From contig CAUVXB020000002.1 in the NCBI GenBank assembly GCA_963555825.3, positions 2,816,001 to 2,880,000 on the forward strand: 64,000 nt of DNA. The letters are read 5' to 3'. The stretch is from Alphaproteobacteria bacterium. Lineage in GTDB: Bacteria; Pseudomonadota; Alphaproteobacteria; JAAXGF01. Position 1 is the first letter of the stretch, and each line of letters begins with the position of its first letter. Shown piece by piece: positions 48,738 to 57,805 of the stretch. Under the pieces are notes generated by a model that saw nothing but the letters and a program-made list of their open reading frames with translations, ran no database searches and was not told the DNA's origin. Made by a program: the position numbers and the translations under genes.

Positions 48738-51130
48738 TTGCTAAACGACGATCGCCCGCAAGTCGAAGGACAGGGGAATGCAGCGACCGAGACACCGGAG
48801 CTGCGAGAGATTCCTGTGGAAGAGCTTGGCGAGATTCTCGCCGATCATAAGAAGTGGCTGGAATCAGAAAAGCAACAAGGTAAAAGGGCTGACCTATCAT
48901 ACGCCAACCTCCGGGGGGCCTACCTCATAGGCGCCAACCTCCAGAGGGCTGACCTCAAAGGCGCCAATCTCGAGAGGACCGATCTCCGCGTAGCCAACCT
49001 CCAGAGGGCCGACCTCCGCGAAGCACCCTCCGGGGCGCCGTCCTCAACATCGCAGATCTCCGCCTAGCCAACCTCCAGAGGGCCGACCTCCAAGGGGCCG
49101 AGCTCGTAGGCAGCAAACTCCAGGGGGCAGACCTTGAGCGCGCCGACCTTCGGCGCGCCGACCTGCGTAGTGCGGACATGGAGGTTCCCCAGCCCAACAA
49201 CAACCAGCCGACCAGCGGTGAAAAAGCGGGTTTTGAGAGTACTGGAGCTGCAGCTTCTCAGCTAACAAACCTCAAGCTCGCCGATTTTCGCGATGCCGAC
49301 CTCAGTGACGCCAAGCTCTCGACTGTTAGCGGACTGCAATCGGGCAAGCATGGAGGAAGCGACGTTTCGAACGCCAAGCTGCCCGAGGACATCGCGAAGT
49401 TCGAAGGCCTGGACCACGTCACGGAAATCTCCAAGCATTCGCGCAACATCTTCCTCGCGGTGGTCGGCGGCTGCGTATTCTCGTGGCTGACCATCGCGAC
49501 GACCACCGACGTGGCGCTGCTGACGAACTCCGGTTCCTCACCGCTGCCGATCATCCAGACAAAGGTGCCGATCGCCGGATTCTACTGGGCCGCGCCGGCG
49601 ATCCTGCTGGCGCTGTATTGTTACCTGCACCTCTATCTACAGCGGCTGTGGGAGGGCATGGCGAACCTGCCGGCGATCTTCCTGGACGGACGCAAGCTCG
49701 ACGAATGCGCCTATCCGTGGCTGCTGTCGGGCATCGTGCGCAAGCACGTACCGCTCCTCAAGGATAAGCCACAGGCACGATTGGGGCTCCAGGTCTTCGT
49801 TTCCCTCGTTGCCGCGTGGATGTTCGTGCCCGGAACGCTTGGTCTATTCTGGCTCCGCTACCTCCCCCGGCACGACTGGCCGTGGACGCTGTGGCTGGTG
49901 GCGATTTTCGTCTTCGCCGTCGCCTTCGGAACCGCCTCCTATCGGCTCGCCACAACCACGCTCCGCGGCGAACCAACGACCAAGCCTGACGCGGAGAGCG
50001 AAAACAAGGCAGCCTCCTCGAAATGGAAACGCGCGTTGCGCGCAATACAGGGTTATCGTCCGGACGGCTACACGACGACCGCCGCCACACTTAGCCTTTT
50101 GATTTCATTGGGTGCCATAGAGGGTCGACCCGGCGAGTGGACCAAGGACGTTCGGCATTGGGTCTACACTCTTGCCGAAATCGCAGATTACTATCCGGCC
50201 CTCGAATTGGTCGGCGAAGACGTTTCGTTCAAACCGGAGGACTGGAGCGAACTCGGCAAAGAGGCAGATGAGTTGAGCCCGGCCGACCTCGCCGAGGTGA
50301 AGGGCGCGCAGCTTGCGGATAGGGATCTTAAATACGCAACAGCCGTCGGCGCCTTCTTTTTGAAGGCTAACCTCCCGGAGGCCGACCTCAGGGGCACCAA
50401 CCTCCAGGGGGCCAACCTCCAGGGGGCCGACCTCAGGGACGCCAACCTCCAGGGGGCCTACCTCAAGGGCGCCAACCTCAAGGGCGCCAACCTCAAGGGG
50501 TCCTACCTCTTCGGCGCCAACCTCCAGAAGGCCGACCTCCCGGGGGCCAACCTCCAGGGGGCCGACCTCAGGGTCGCCAACCTCAAGGGGTCCTACCTCA
50601 TCAGCGCCAACCTCCAGGGGGCCATACTCTTCAGCGCCAACCTCCAGGAGGCCACCCTCGTCAGCGCCAACCTCCAGAAGGCCGACCTCAAGCACGCCAA
50701 CCTCCAGGGGGCCGACCTCAGGTTCGCCAGCCTCCAGAAGGCCGACCTCCAGGGGGCCAACCTCCAGGAGTCCTACCTCTTCGGCGCCAACCTCCAGGAG
50801 GCCGACCTCAGGGTCGCCAACCTCCGGGGGGCCGATTTTGGCGACCCTGAGGTCAGTCCTGTAACCAATCTCGCCGGCGCGGACCTGAGATTCGCAATGG
50901 GTCTTACCCAGGAACAACTCGATCCGGCCTGCGGGGACGATAAGACCGAGTTGCCCGAAGCCCTGACGATCAAGCTGTGCCAAGGGCTCGATCTCAGTGG
51001 ACTCGACCTCCGCGATTTCAAAGGGCTGACCCAGGCGCAGCTCGACGAATCATGCGGCGACGACAAGACGGAGTTGCCCAAAGGCCTGACGATCAAGCCC
51101 TGCACCGACGAAGAATCATCGACGGACTAG
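48738..51130 (+). CDS. Pentapeptide-repeat membrane protein (frameshift near 49025)
   Basis: [15 protein letters not shown] cap, then A(D/N)LXX repeats continuing in the second frame into ORF 49178, several TM helices and a long C-terminal repeat array. The TTG start is uncertain. Confidence 0.85.
50366..50845 (+). repeat. 15-nt tandem coding repeat (32 pentapeptide units)
   Basis: GCCAACCTCCAGGGG-like units running from ANLPE to ADFGD. Confidence 0.9.
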
Positions 51131-51191
51131 CTTGCCTGGCGTTTTTGGCACGTAATCTCGAGCGACCACCGCGGTAATTCAATTCGCGCAG

Positions 51192-51833
51192 TCACCCATA
51201 AGGCGTCGCGTCGCCGTCGCCGCGCAGGGTCGTTAGGCTCAGCACGCGGTCCTTGATGCGCGCCTGCCATTCGCGGCCGTCGGCGTCCTGCCACCACACT
51301 TGCGCGTTGCTGTCGGCGGCGAACTCGTAGGGCGCGGTGCCCGGGTTGCGCGACGGGTGCCATTCGCGCGCCAGAGCGGGATAGAGCGCCTTGAGCTGGT
51401 TGGTCGTGTCGATGCGGCCGGGGATCTCGCGCGGGCCCGCGACCGCCGCGCCGTCCTCGGTCCAGGATGCCATGCGGCCCCAGTAGAAGCCGGCGTAGTC
51501 CGCAAGTTCGGGCAGCTGCGGATAGGGGTCTTCGTAGCACCACGCGACGTTGTCGGCCGTGCGGTCGGCGACCGTCAGCGTCCAGTAGCTGGCGACGCCC
51601 TTGTAGGGGCAGAAGCTGTGGTGGTCGGTGCGCGTGAACAGCGCGGCGGCCAAGTCGTCGAACGGCAGGTAGTAGACCGGCGCGTGGCCGAGCTCGAACA
51701 TGACCCGCGCCCGGTCGCTCTCGGCCACCGTCTCGCCGTTGAAGCCGACGGCGACGCGCGCCGGTATCAAGTCGAAGTCGACGACGTAGTGCGGGTTGCC
51801 CGCCCAGCCGGGCGACTCGGCCGGTTGTTCCAT
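51192..51833 (-). CDS. DUF427 domain protein with C-terminal DUF4379-like module
   Basis: E.GHAPVYYLP, FCPYKGVASYW and AWCYEDP, followed by YPALAREWHPSRN...VWW...EWQARIKDR. Confidence 0.82.
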   Translation of the reverse strand: MEQPAESPGWAGNPHYVVDFDLIPARVAVGFNGETVAESDRARVMFELGHAPVYYLPFDDLAAALFTRTDHHSFCPYKGVASYWTLTVADRTADNVAWCYEDPYPQLPELADYAGFYWGRMASWTEDGAAVAGPREIPGRIDTTNQLKALYPALAREWHPSRNPGTAPYEFAADSNAQVWWQDADGREWQARIKDRVLSLTTLRGDGDATPYG

Positions 51834-51877
51834 GGTGCTGTCTCCGATGGGTCTTGTTGGTGGCTAGTTTAGAGTTG

Positions 51878-52022
51878 GTGCGGTCAACTTCGCTACGCAA
51901 AGATGACCTGCGCTCAATCGCCGCGCATGCCGGTCTTTATCCCACAAGGATTGGCCGAACGGTCGGCGGCCCGCGGTCGCGGGCTGGCATGATCCGACCG
52001 ATCAAAATTGATCGAATCATGC
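51878..52022 (+). repeat. Structured intergenic repeat, copy B
   Basis: Same core as copies A and C, with an added hairpin at 51929-51955 and a 3' hairpin shared with copy D. Confidence 0.85.
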
Positions 52023-52092
52023 GATGGCGCATACCATTGGCGCATCGTGCGACAACGGCTAACCTGTCGTGGCACACATGGGGAGGATCGTC

Positions 52093-53175
52093 ATGAAGGC
52101 CGCCGTTTTGCGCGAGGTGAACGCGCCGCTCTCGATCGAAGAGGTCCAGGTCGACAACCCGACATCCCACGAGGTGCTGGTCAGGACCGCCGCCTGCGGC
52201 GTCTGCCGTAGCGACCTGCACTACATCACCGGCCATTACGCGGCGCCCAAGCCGACCATCCTGGGCCATGAGGCGGCCGGCGTCGTCGAGAAGGTCGGCG
52301 CCGAGGTGCGCTACGTCAAGCCGGGCGACCACGTCATCACCTGCCTCTCGGTGTTCTGCGGCCACTGCGAGTACTGCACCACGGGGCGGCCGTTCAGCTG
52401 CCAGAACCCCGAGGTTGCGCGCGACGACGACGAGGCGCCGCGCCTCGCCCAGAACGGCGGCGTCATGCACCAGTTCTACTCGCTCTCCTCCTTCGCCGAA
52501 TACATGCTGATCCACGAGCACGCCCTGGTGAAGATCCGCGACGACATGCCGCTCGACCGCGCCGCGCTGATCGGCTGCGGCGTGACCACCGGCTTCGGCG
52601 CGGTGATCAACACCGCCAAGGTCGAGGTCGGCTCGACGGTCGCGGTGATCGGCTGCGGCGGCGTCGGGCTTTCGGCGATCAACGGCGCCGCGATCGCCGG
52701 CGCCGGGCGCATCATCGCGGTCGACGTCAAGGGCTCGAAGCTCAATCTCGCCAAACATTTCGGCGCGACCGACGTGGTCGACGCGAGCCAGACCGACCCG
52801 GTCGAAGCGGTGCGCGAGATGACCGGCGGCGGCGTCGAGTATTCTTTCGAGGCGCTCGGCTTCAAGGAGACCTCCGAGCAGGCCTTCGGCATGCTGCGGG
52901 CCTCGGGCACGGCGACGATCATCGGCATGGTGCCCGAAGGCGTCATGCTCGAAATCCCGGCCGATGCGCTGCTCGACGACAAGACGCTCAGGGGCTCGAA
53001 CATGGGCTCGAACCACTTCCGCGTCGACATGCCGCGCTTCGTCGAGTTCTACCTCGCGGGCAAGCTCAAGCTCGACGACATGATCTCCCGGCGCATTCCG
53101 ATCGAAGGCATCAACGAGGCGTTCGACGAGATGAAGGCCGGCGCCGTCGCACGCAGCGTGATTGTGTTTGATTAG
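52093..53175 (+). CDS. Zn-dependent alcohol dehydrogenase (class III-like)
   Basis: CRSD, GHE, CGHCEYC...C, GCGVTTG and GCGGVG motifs. Confidence 0.93.
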   Translation: MKAAVLREVNAPLSIEEVQVDNPTSHEVLVRTAACGVCRSDLHYITGHYAAPKPTILGHEAAGVVEKVGAEVRYVKPGDHVITCLSVFCGHCEYCTTGRPFSCQNPEVARDDDEAPRLAQNGGVMHQFYSLSSFAEYMLIHEHALVKIRDDMPLDRAALIGCGVTTGFGAVINTAKVEVGSTVAVIGCGGVGLSAINGAAIAGAGRIIAVDVKGSKLNLAKHFGATDVVDASQTDPVEAVREMTGGGVEYSFEALGFKETSEQAFGMLRASGTATIIGMVPEGVMLEIPADALLDDKTLRGSNMGSNHFRVDMPRFVEFYLAGKLKLDDMISRRIPIEGINEAFDEMKAGAVARSVIVFD

Positions 53176-53197
53176 TTTTGGTGCAATCGGCTTTTTT

Positions 53198-53277
53198 GTG
53201 CGGTCAGCTTTGCTGACCTGCGCTCAATCGCCGCGCATGCTTCCGCCGAACGGTCGGCGGCCCGCAGTCGCGGGCTG
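53198..53277 (+). repeat. Structured intergenic repeat, copy C
   Basis: GTGCGGTCAGC-TTT-GCTGACCTGCGCTCAATCGCCGCGCATGCTTCCGCCGAACGGTCGGCGGCCCGCAGTCGCGGGCTG. Confidence 0.85.
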
Positions 53278-53300
53278 TGAAGACGAGATCGAGCCGCGCC

Positions 53301-54533
53301 CTACCCCTCGGCGACGCCCCAGATCTCGACCGTGGTCTCGGGGGTGTGCATGTGTGGCTGGGGCACCAGGGTCAGCGGCGGCAGCGCGCCGCCGACGCAG
53401 TCGGCGAGTGTCGCGCAGAACGCCTCGGTTTCGGCCTGTCTGCCGGTCGAGGTGAAATAGCAGACCATCAGCTTGAGATCGGCGGGCCGGCGGCCGAAGG
53501 GGCGCAGCAGGTCCTCGATATAGCTCATGGTGAAACGCGTCTGCGGCAACAGCTCGCCGTCGAGCACGCGCCGTCCTGAATTGTTGCCCGGCTCCGACGG
53601 CACCTGACCGCCCAGCCAGATGGTGTCGCGCAGGCCGACCGCCTGACGGTAGGGCAGCGGGATCGGCCAGTCCCAGACGCGTTTCGGCCAGTGGTCCTCG
53701 CGCGGGATGTATTTGTCGAAGCCGTTCCGGCTCTCGCGCATGGCGAGCACCTCGATCTTGGTGACCAGGCCGTCGGGCGAAAGCCGGTGGCATGGCACCA
53801 CGGTGGCCGGCGGGCCGGGCTCGCGGAAGTGGCTGGCGCGCGCCTTGGCCATGTCGGCCCATTGCGCGCGCGTCGTGCCGAAGTAATAGCCCTCCATCTT
53901 GACGCTGTCTTGGAACGAGGCGCCGAGTTCGGCAAGCGTCGCCGCGTGGATTGCCATGATGGCGTGGCTCTGGGCGACGCCGTCGCCGGCGTGCTGCACC
54001 GCGCCGGCCGCGTCGAGCGCCGTGCGGTTGGCGAGGGCGATGAACTCGCCGGCGCGCAGGCCGCCGGTCACCGCCCGGCCGCCGAACGCATCTTGCACAT
54101 GGGCGGGTACCGGCCGCATCGCGACGCGCACGTCGTCGAAGCCGCGCCAGCCCCGCTGGGCGATCGCCTGGAGCTGGATGCGCTGGCCGGTAAACGGCTG
54201 CAGCGGCACCGGCAGCGTGCTGATCGCCGGCATCGGCTCGTCCGGGAAGGCGCGCGCCAGGGCGGCGATGATGGCCCAGTCGTCGGCGTCCTCGGCCGCC
54301 GTGTAGAACGCCTTGAGCCGGACCACGTCGGCCAGGGTGCAGGCTTCGAGCACGAGCGCCGACGCCAGGTTGTCGAGCGCGCCGGCGATCTGCGCGTCGA
54401 GGTCGCCCGCGTGGCGAATGGCGCCGGTGCCGTCGAGGTCGCCGGCGCCGCCGACGAAGCTCAAGCGCCCGGCGCTCGCCGCGGTGTGGTGACTATGGGC
54501 GATCGGCAGCGCCCAGCTTCCCGTCGTCGTCAT
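53301..54533 (-). CDS. RidA/YjgF-family protein with three tandem domains
   Basis: Three roughly 125-aa units, each with a G.../Q.../D.V.(K/R).../VEI..-like Rid pattern. Confidence 0.78.
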   Translation of the reverse strand: MTTTGSWALPIAHSHHTAASAGRLSFVGGAGDLDGTGAIRHAGDLDAQIAGALDNLASALVLEACTLADVVRLKAFYTAAEDADDWAIIAALARAFPDEPMPAISTLPVPLQPFTGQRIQLQAIAQRGWRGFDDVRVAMRPVPAHVQDAFGGRAVTGGLRAGEFIALANRTALDAAGAVQHAGDGVAQSHAIMAIHAATLAELGASFQDSVKMEGYYFGTTRAQWADMAKARASHFREPGPPATVVPCHRLSPDGLVTKIEVLAMRESRNGFDKYIPREDHWPKRVWDWPIPLPYRQAVGLRDTIWLGGQVPSEPGNNSGRRVLDGELLPQTRFTMSYIEDLLRPFGRRPADLKLMVCYFTSTGRQAETEAFCATLADCVGGALPPLTLVPQPHMHTPETTVEIWGVAEG

Positions 54534-54603
54534 GGCGGCGTTCTCCTGCTTGGTTTAATCCAGCGTCGTCCAGCGCACGGCAATGTATTGGCAGTGCATT
54601 GAG

Positions 54604-54632
54604 TTGACAACGCCCGCGGCGCGGCTTAAATC
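54604..54632 (+). promoter_or_regulatory. Putative sigma70 promoter of typA
   Basis: TTGACA-N16/17-(T)TAAAT, about 80 bp upstream of the start. Confidence 0.55.
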
Positions 54633-54710
54633 CCCCGCACCGCTTATAAAATCTCCGACGTTCGAACCACGCGCGCGCCGCCGGCGCGCCGTTCTTTGGA
54701 AGTGCCGCCC

Positions 54711-56525
54711 GTGCTGATTCGCAACATCGCCATCATCGCCCATGTCGACCATGGCAAGACCACGCTGGTCGACGCGCTGTTGCGTCAGAGCGGCCTGTTC
54801 CGCGATAACCAGGACGTCGGCGAGCGGGTCATGGACTGGAACGAGCTGGAGCGCGAGCGCGGCATCACGATCCTCGCCAAATGCGCCTCGGTCGAGTGGC
54901 GCGGCACGCGCATCAACATCGTCGACACGCCGGGCCACGCCGACTTCGGCGGCGAGGTCGAGCGCATCCTCGGCATGGTCGACGGCGTGTTGCTGCTGGT
55001 CGACGCCTCGGAAGGGCCGATGCCGCAGACCAAGTTCGTCACCGCCAAGGCGCTCAAGCTGGGCTTACGCCCGATCGTCGTGGTCAACAAGGTCGATAAG
55101 CCCGACGCGCGGCCCGACGCGGTGCACTCAGAGGTCTTCGACCTGTTCGCGATGCTCGACGCGAGCGACGAGCAGCTCGACTTCCCGGTCCTGTTCGCCT
55201 CGGCCAAGCATGGCTGGGCGAGCGAGGACTCCAGCGTGCGCGATGGCGACATGGCCGCGCTGTTCGACCGCGTCGTCGAAAGCGTGCCGGCGCCGACCGT
55301 CGAGGACGGGCCGTTACGCATGCTGGTCACGACGCTCGAATACGACGCCTATGTCGGCCGCGTGCTGACCGGTCGCATCCTGTCGGGCACGGTGGCCCAG
55401 AACATGACGGTCAAGGCGCTGAGCCGCGCCGGTGCGACCGTCGAGCGAACGCGCATCACCAAGCTTCTGGCCTTCCGTGGCCTCTCCCGCATGCCGATCG
55501 AGCAAGCGCACGCTGGCGACATCGTCGCGATCGCCGGCTTCGGCTCGGCGACCGTCGCCGACACGTTGTGCGAGGTGGCCGTCGAAGACGCCTTGCCGGC
55601 CGAGCCGGTCGACCCGCCGACACTCGCGATGAACTTCGCGGTCAACGATTCGCCGCTCGCCGGCAAGTCGGGCACCAAGGTCACGTCGCGGCTGATCCGC
55701 GCGCGACTGTTCGCCGAGGCCGAGGGCAACGTCGCCATCCACGTCCGCGAGACCGCCGGGGGTGACGCCTTCGAGGTCGCCGGTCGCGGCGAACTGCAAC
55801 TCGGCGTGTTGATCGAGACGATGCGGCGCGAGGGCTTCGAGCTGTCGATCAGCCGGCCCCGGGTGCTGACCCGCGAGGACCCGGAAACGGGTGTCACGCT
55901 CGAGCCCTACGAGGACGTCGTCATCGACGTCGACGAGGAATTCATGGGCACGGTCGTCGAATCGCTCGCCAAGCGCAAGGGCCGCCTCGAGGAGACGCGG
56001 AGCTCGGGCGGCGGCAAGCTGCGGCTCGGCTTCGTCGCGCCGTCGCGCGGCCTGATCGGCTATCACGGCGACTTCCTGACCGAGACCCGCGGCACCGGCG
56101 TGATGAACCGCGTGTTCCGCGCGTGGGGCCCGTCGGCCGGCACGATCGCCGGACGGCGCAACGGCGTGCTGATCTCGAACGCCGCCGGCAAATCGGTCGC
56201 CTACGCGCTGATGAACCTGGAAGAGCGCGGCGCAATGCTGATCGGTTCGGGCGTCGCGATCTACGCCGGCATGATCATCGGCGAGAACAACCGCTCGGGC
56301 GACCTCGAGGTCAACCCGATGAAGGCCAAGCAGCTGACCAACATCCGCGCCTCGGGCACCGACGAGGCGGTGCGCCTGACGCCCTACCGCCGCCAGTCGC
56401 TCGAACAGGCGATCGCCTACATCCAGGACGACGAGCTGGTCGAGGTGACACCCGCCGTGATCCGCCTGCGCAAGCGTCTACTCGACCCCAACGCCCGCAA
56501 GAAGGCCGCCCGCGCGGCGGCCTGA
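54711..56525 (+). CDS. typA: Translational GTPase TypA/BipA
   Basis: [48 protein letters not shown] and DDELVEVTP motifs. Confidence 0.97.
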   Translation: MLIRNIAIIAHVDHGKTTLVDALLRQSGLFRDNQDVGERVMDWNELERERGITILAKCASVEWRGTRINIVDTPGHADFGGEVERILGMVDGVLLLVDASEGPMPQTKFVTAKALKLGLRPIVVVNKVDKPDARPDAVHSEVFDLFAMLDASDEQLDFPVLFASAKHGWASEDSSVRDGDMAALFDRVVESVPAPTVEDGPLRMLVTTLEYDAYVGRVLTGRILSGTVAQNMTVKALSRAGATVERTRITKLLAFRGLSRMPIEQAHAGDIVAIAGFGSATVADTLCEVAVEDALPAEPVDPPTLAMNFAVNDSPLAGKSGTKVTSRLIRARLFAEAEGNVAIHVRETAGGDAFEVAGRGELQLGVLIETMRREGFELSISRPRVLTREDPETGVTLEPYEDVVIDVDEEFMGTVVESLAKRKGRLEETRSSGGGKLRLGFVAPSRGLIGYHGDFLTETRGTGVMNRVFRAWGPSAGTIAGRRNGVLISNAAGKSVAYALMNLEERGAMLIGSGVAIYAGMIIGENNRSGDLEVNPMKAKQLTNIRASGTDEAVRLTPYRRQSLEQAIAYIQDDELVEVTPAVIRLRKRLLDPNARKKAARAAA

Positions 56526-56637
56526 GCCGCCGCTCACCTCAGTGATGGCCGCTAAACGAGGCGCATCGGGTCGCATCACCAAAATCTCCTATAATGGGAT
56601 CGGACACTATTAATATCGTTTGTTTATAAACAGATAG

Positions 56638-56674
56638 CTTCCCCATAATGGAGTCTGACCCCATTATGGGGAAG
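56638..56674. terminator. Perfect 14-bp stem-loop between convergent genes (bidirectional terminator or REP-like)
   Basis: CTTCCCCATAATGG-AGTCTGACC-CCATTATGGGGAAG. Confidence 0.55.
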
Positions 56675-56685
56675 GCCGGTCGAAC

Positions 56686-57594
56686 TCAAGGATCGGAATT
56701 TGCGCCGGGTTCGATCGCGGCGATCGGCTCGGGGGTCAGCTTGGACGCGCGTTCGAGCAGGATGAAGCCGACGCCGAGGAGGACCACCGCGCCGCCGCCG
56801 GCGATCTGCAGCGTCAGGCTCTCGCCAAGCAGGGCGATGCCGCCGGCGACCGAGAAGACCGGCATCAGCAGCAGGAACGGCGCGACGCGGTTGACCGGGT
56901 GGCGGCCGATCAGCGTGTACCACAGGCCGTAGCCGAGCGCGGTCATGACCAGGCCGAGATAGACCACCGTGCCCCACACCACCCAGTCGGCCGAGGCGAT
57001 ATGGGCGATGTGGTCGCTTTCGAAAATCAGCGACATGACAAACAGCTGTGGCGCGGCGAACACCGACACCCAAGCGATCAGGGTGAAGCCGCCGACGCCG
57101 ACGATCCGGCGCACCATGATCTGACCGAGCGCCCAGGTCATCGAGCCGGCGATGACCAGCGCGACGGCGGTCGAGGCACCGGTCAGGCGCGGCTCGCCGA
57201 CGATCACCGCGACGCCGGCGAAGGCGATCGCGATGCCCAGCCATTTCCGCGCGCCCGGCTTTTCCTTGAGCAGCACGACACCGAGGAGCACCAGGAAAGG
57301 GACTTCGAGCTGGATCACCAGGACCGCCGTCGAGGCGTCCATCCCAACCAGGCCGCTGAAAGTCAGGCTGTACTGAATCGCCGCCGATACCAGGGCGACC
57401 GCGAAGATCTGCCCCATGTGACGCCACGGCGGCCTGACGAACCAGACCAGCGCCAGCGCCGTCAGGGTGAACCGTATGGCCATCAGCAGAATCGGCGGAA
57501 AATGGCCGATCGCCGCCTTGGCGAACACCACGCCCATGCCCCACAGAAGGGCGACGGCGATGCCCATCGCCATGTCCTGACCGCGCAACGCCAC
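56686..57594 (-). CDS. EamA/DMT-family transporter
   Basis: About 10 TM helices, with LWG....K, PP....RF, GYGLWY.L and LLGE motifs. The start is uncertain (57594, 57588 or 57573). Confidence 0.9.
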   Translation of the reverse strand: MALRGQDMAMGIAVALLWGMGVVFAKAAIGHFPPILLMAIRFTLTALALVWFVRPPWRHMGQIFAVALVSAAIQYSLTFSGLVGMDASTAVLVIQLEVPFLVLLGVVLLKEKPGARKWLGIAIAFAGVAVIVGEPRLTGASTAVALVIAGSMTWALGQIMVRRIVGVGGFTLIAWVSVFAAPQLFVMSLIFESDHIAHIASADWVVWGTVVYLGLVMTALGYGLWYTLIGRHPVNRVAPFLLLMPVFSVAGGIALLGESLTLQIAGGGAVVLLGVGFILLERASKLTPEPIAAIEPGANSDP

Positions 57595-57805
57595 CGATCG
57601 AACCCCTGAAATTGCCGTCGCCGCGCCGCACCGGCGCCAAGCGCCCGCCACGCTACCCGGAATGGCCGCGCGCCGCCAACGATGTTTGGTGAGCCGGCGC
57701 GTTTGACGGCAATCGATGGCCGCCGAGCTTGGCCGTTCCATATGACGCCGAGCCGGGGTACGCTCGGACCAAAGCGCGCGACCGGGACGGGGAGGTTCGG
57801 ACACC

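Noticed and set aside
50105-50983. Repetitive minus-strand ORF (EVGxL units)
   Set aside because: It is the antisense image of the pentapeptide array.
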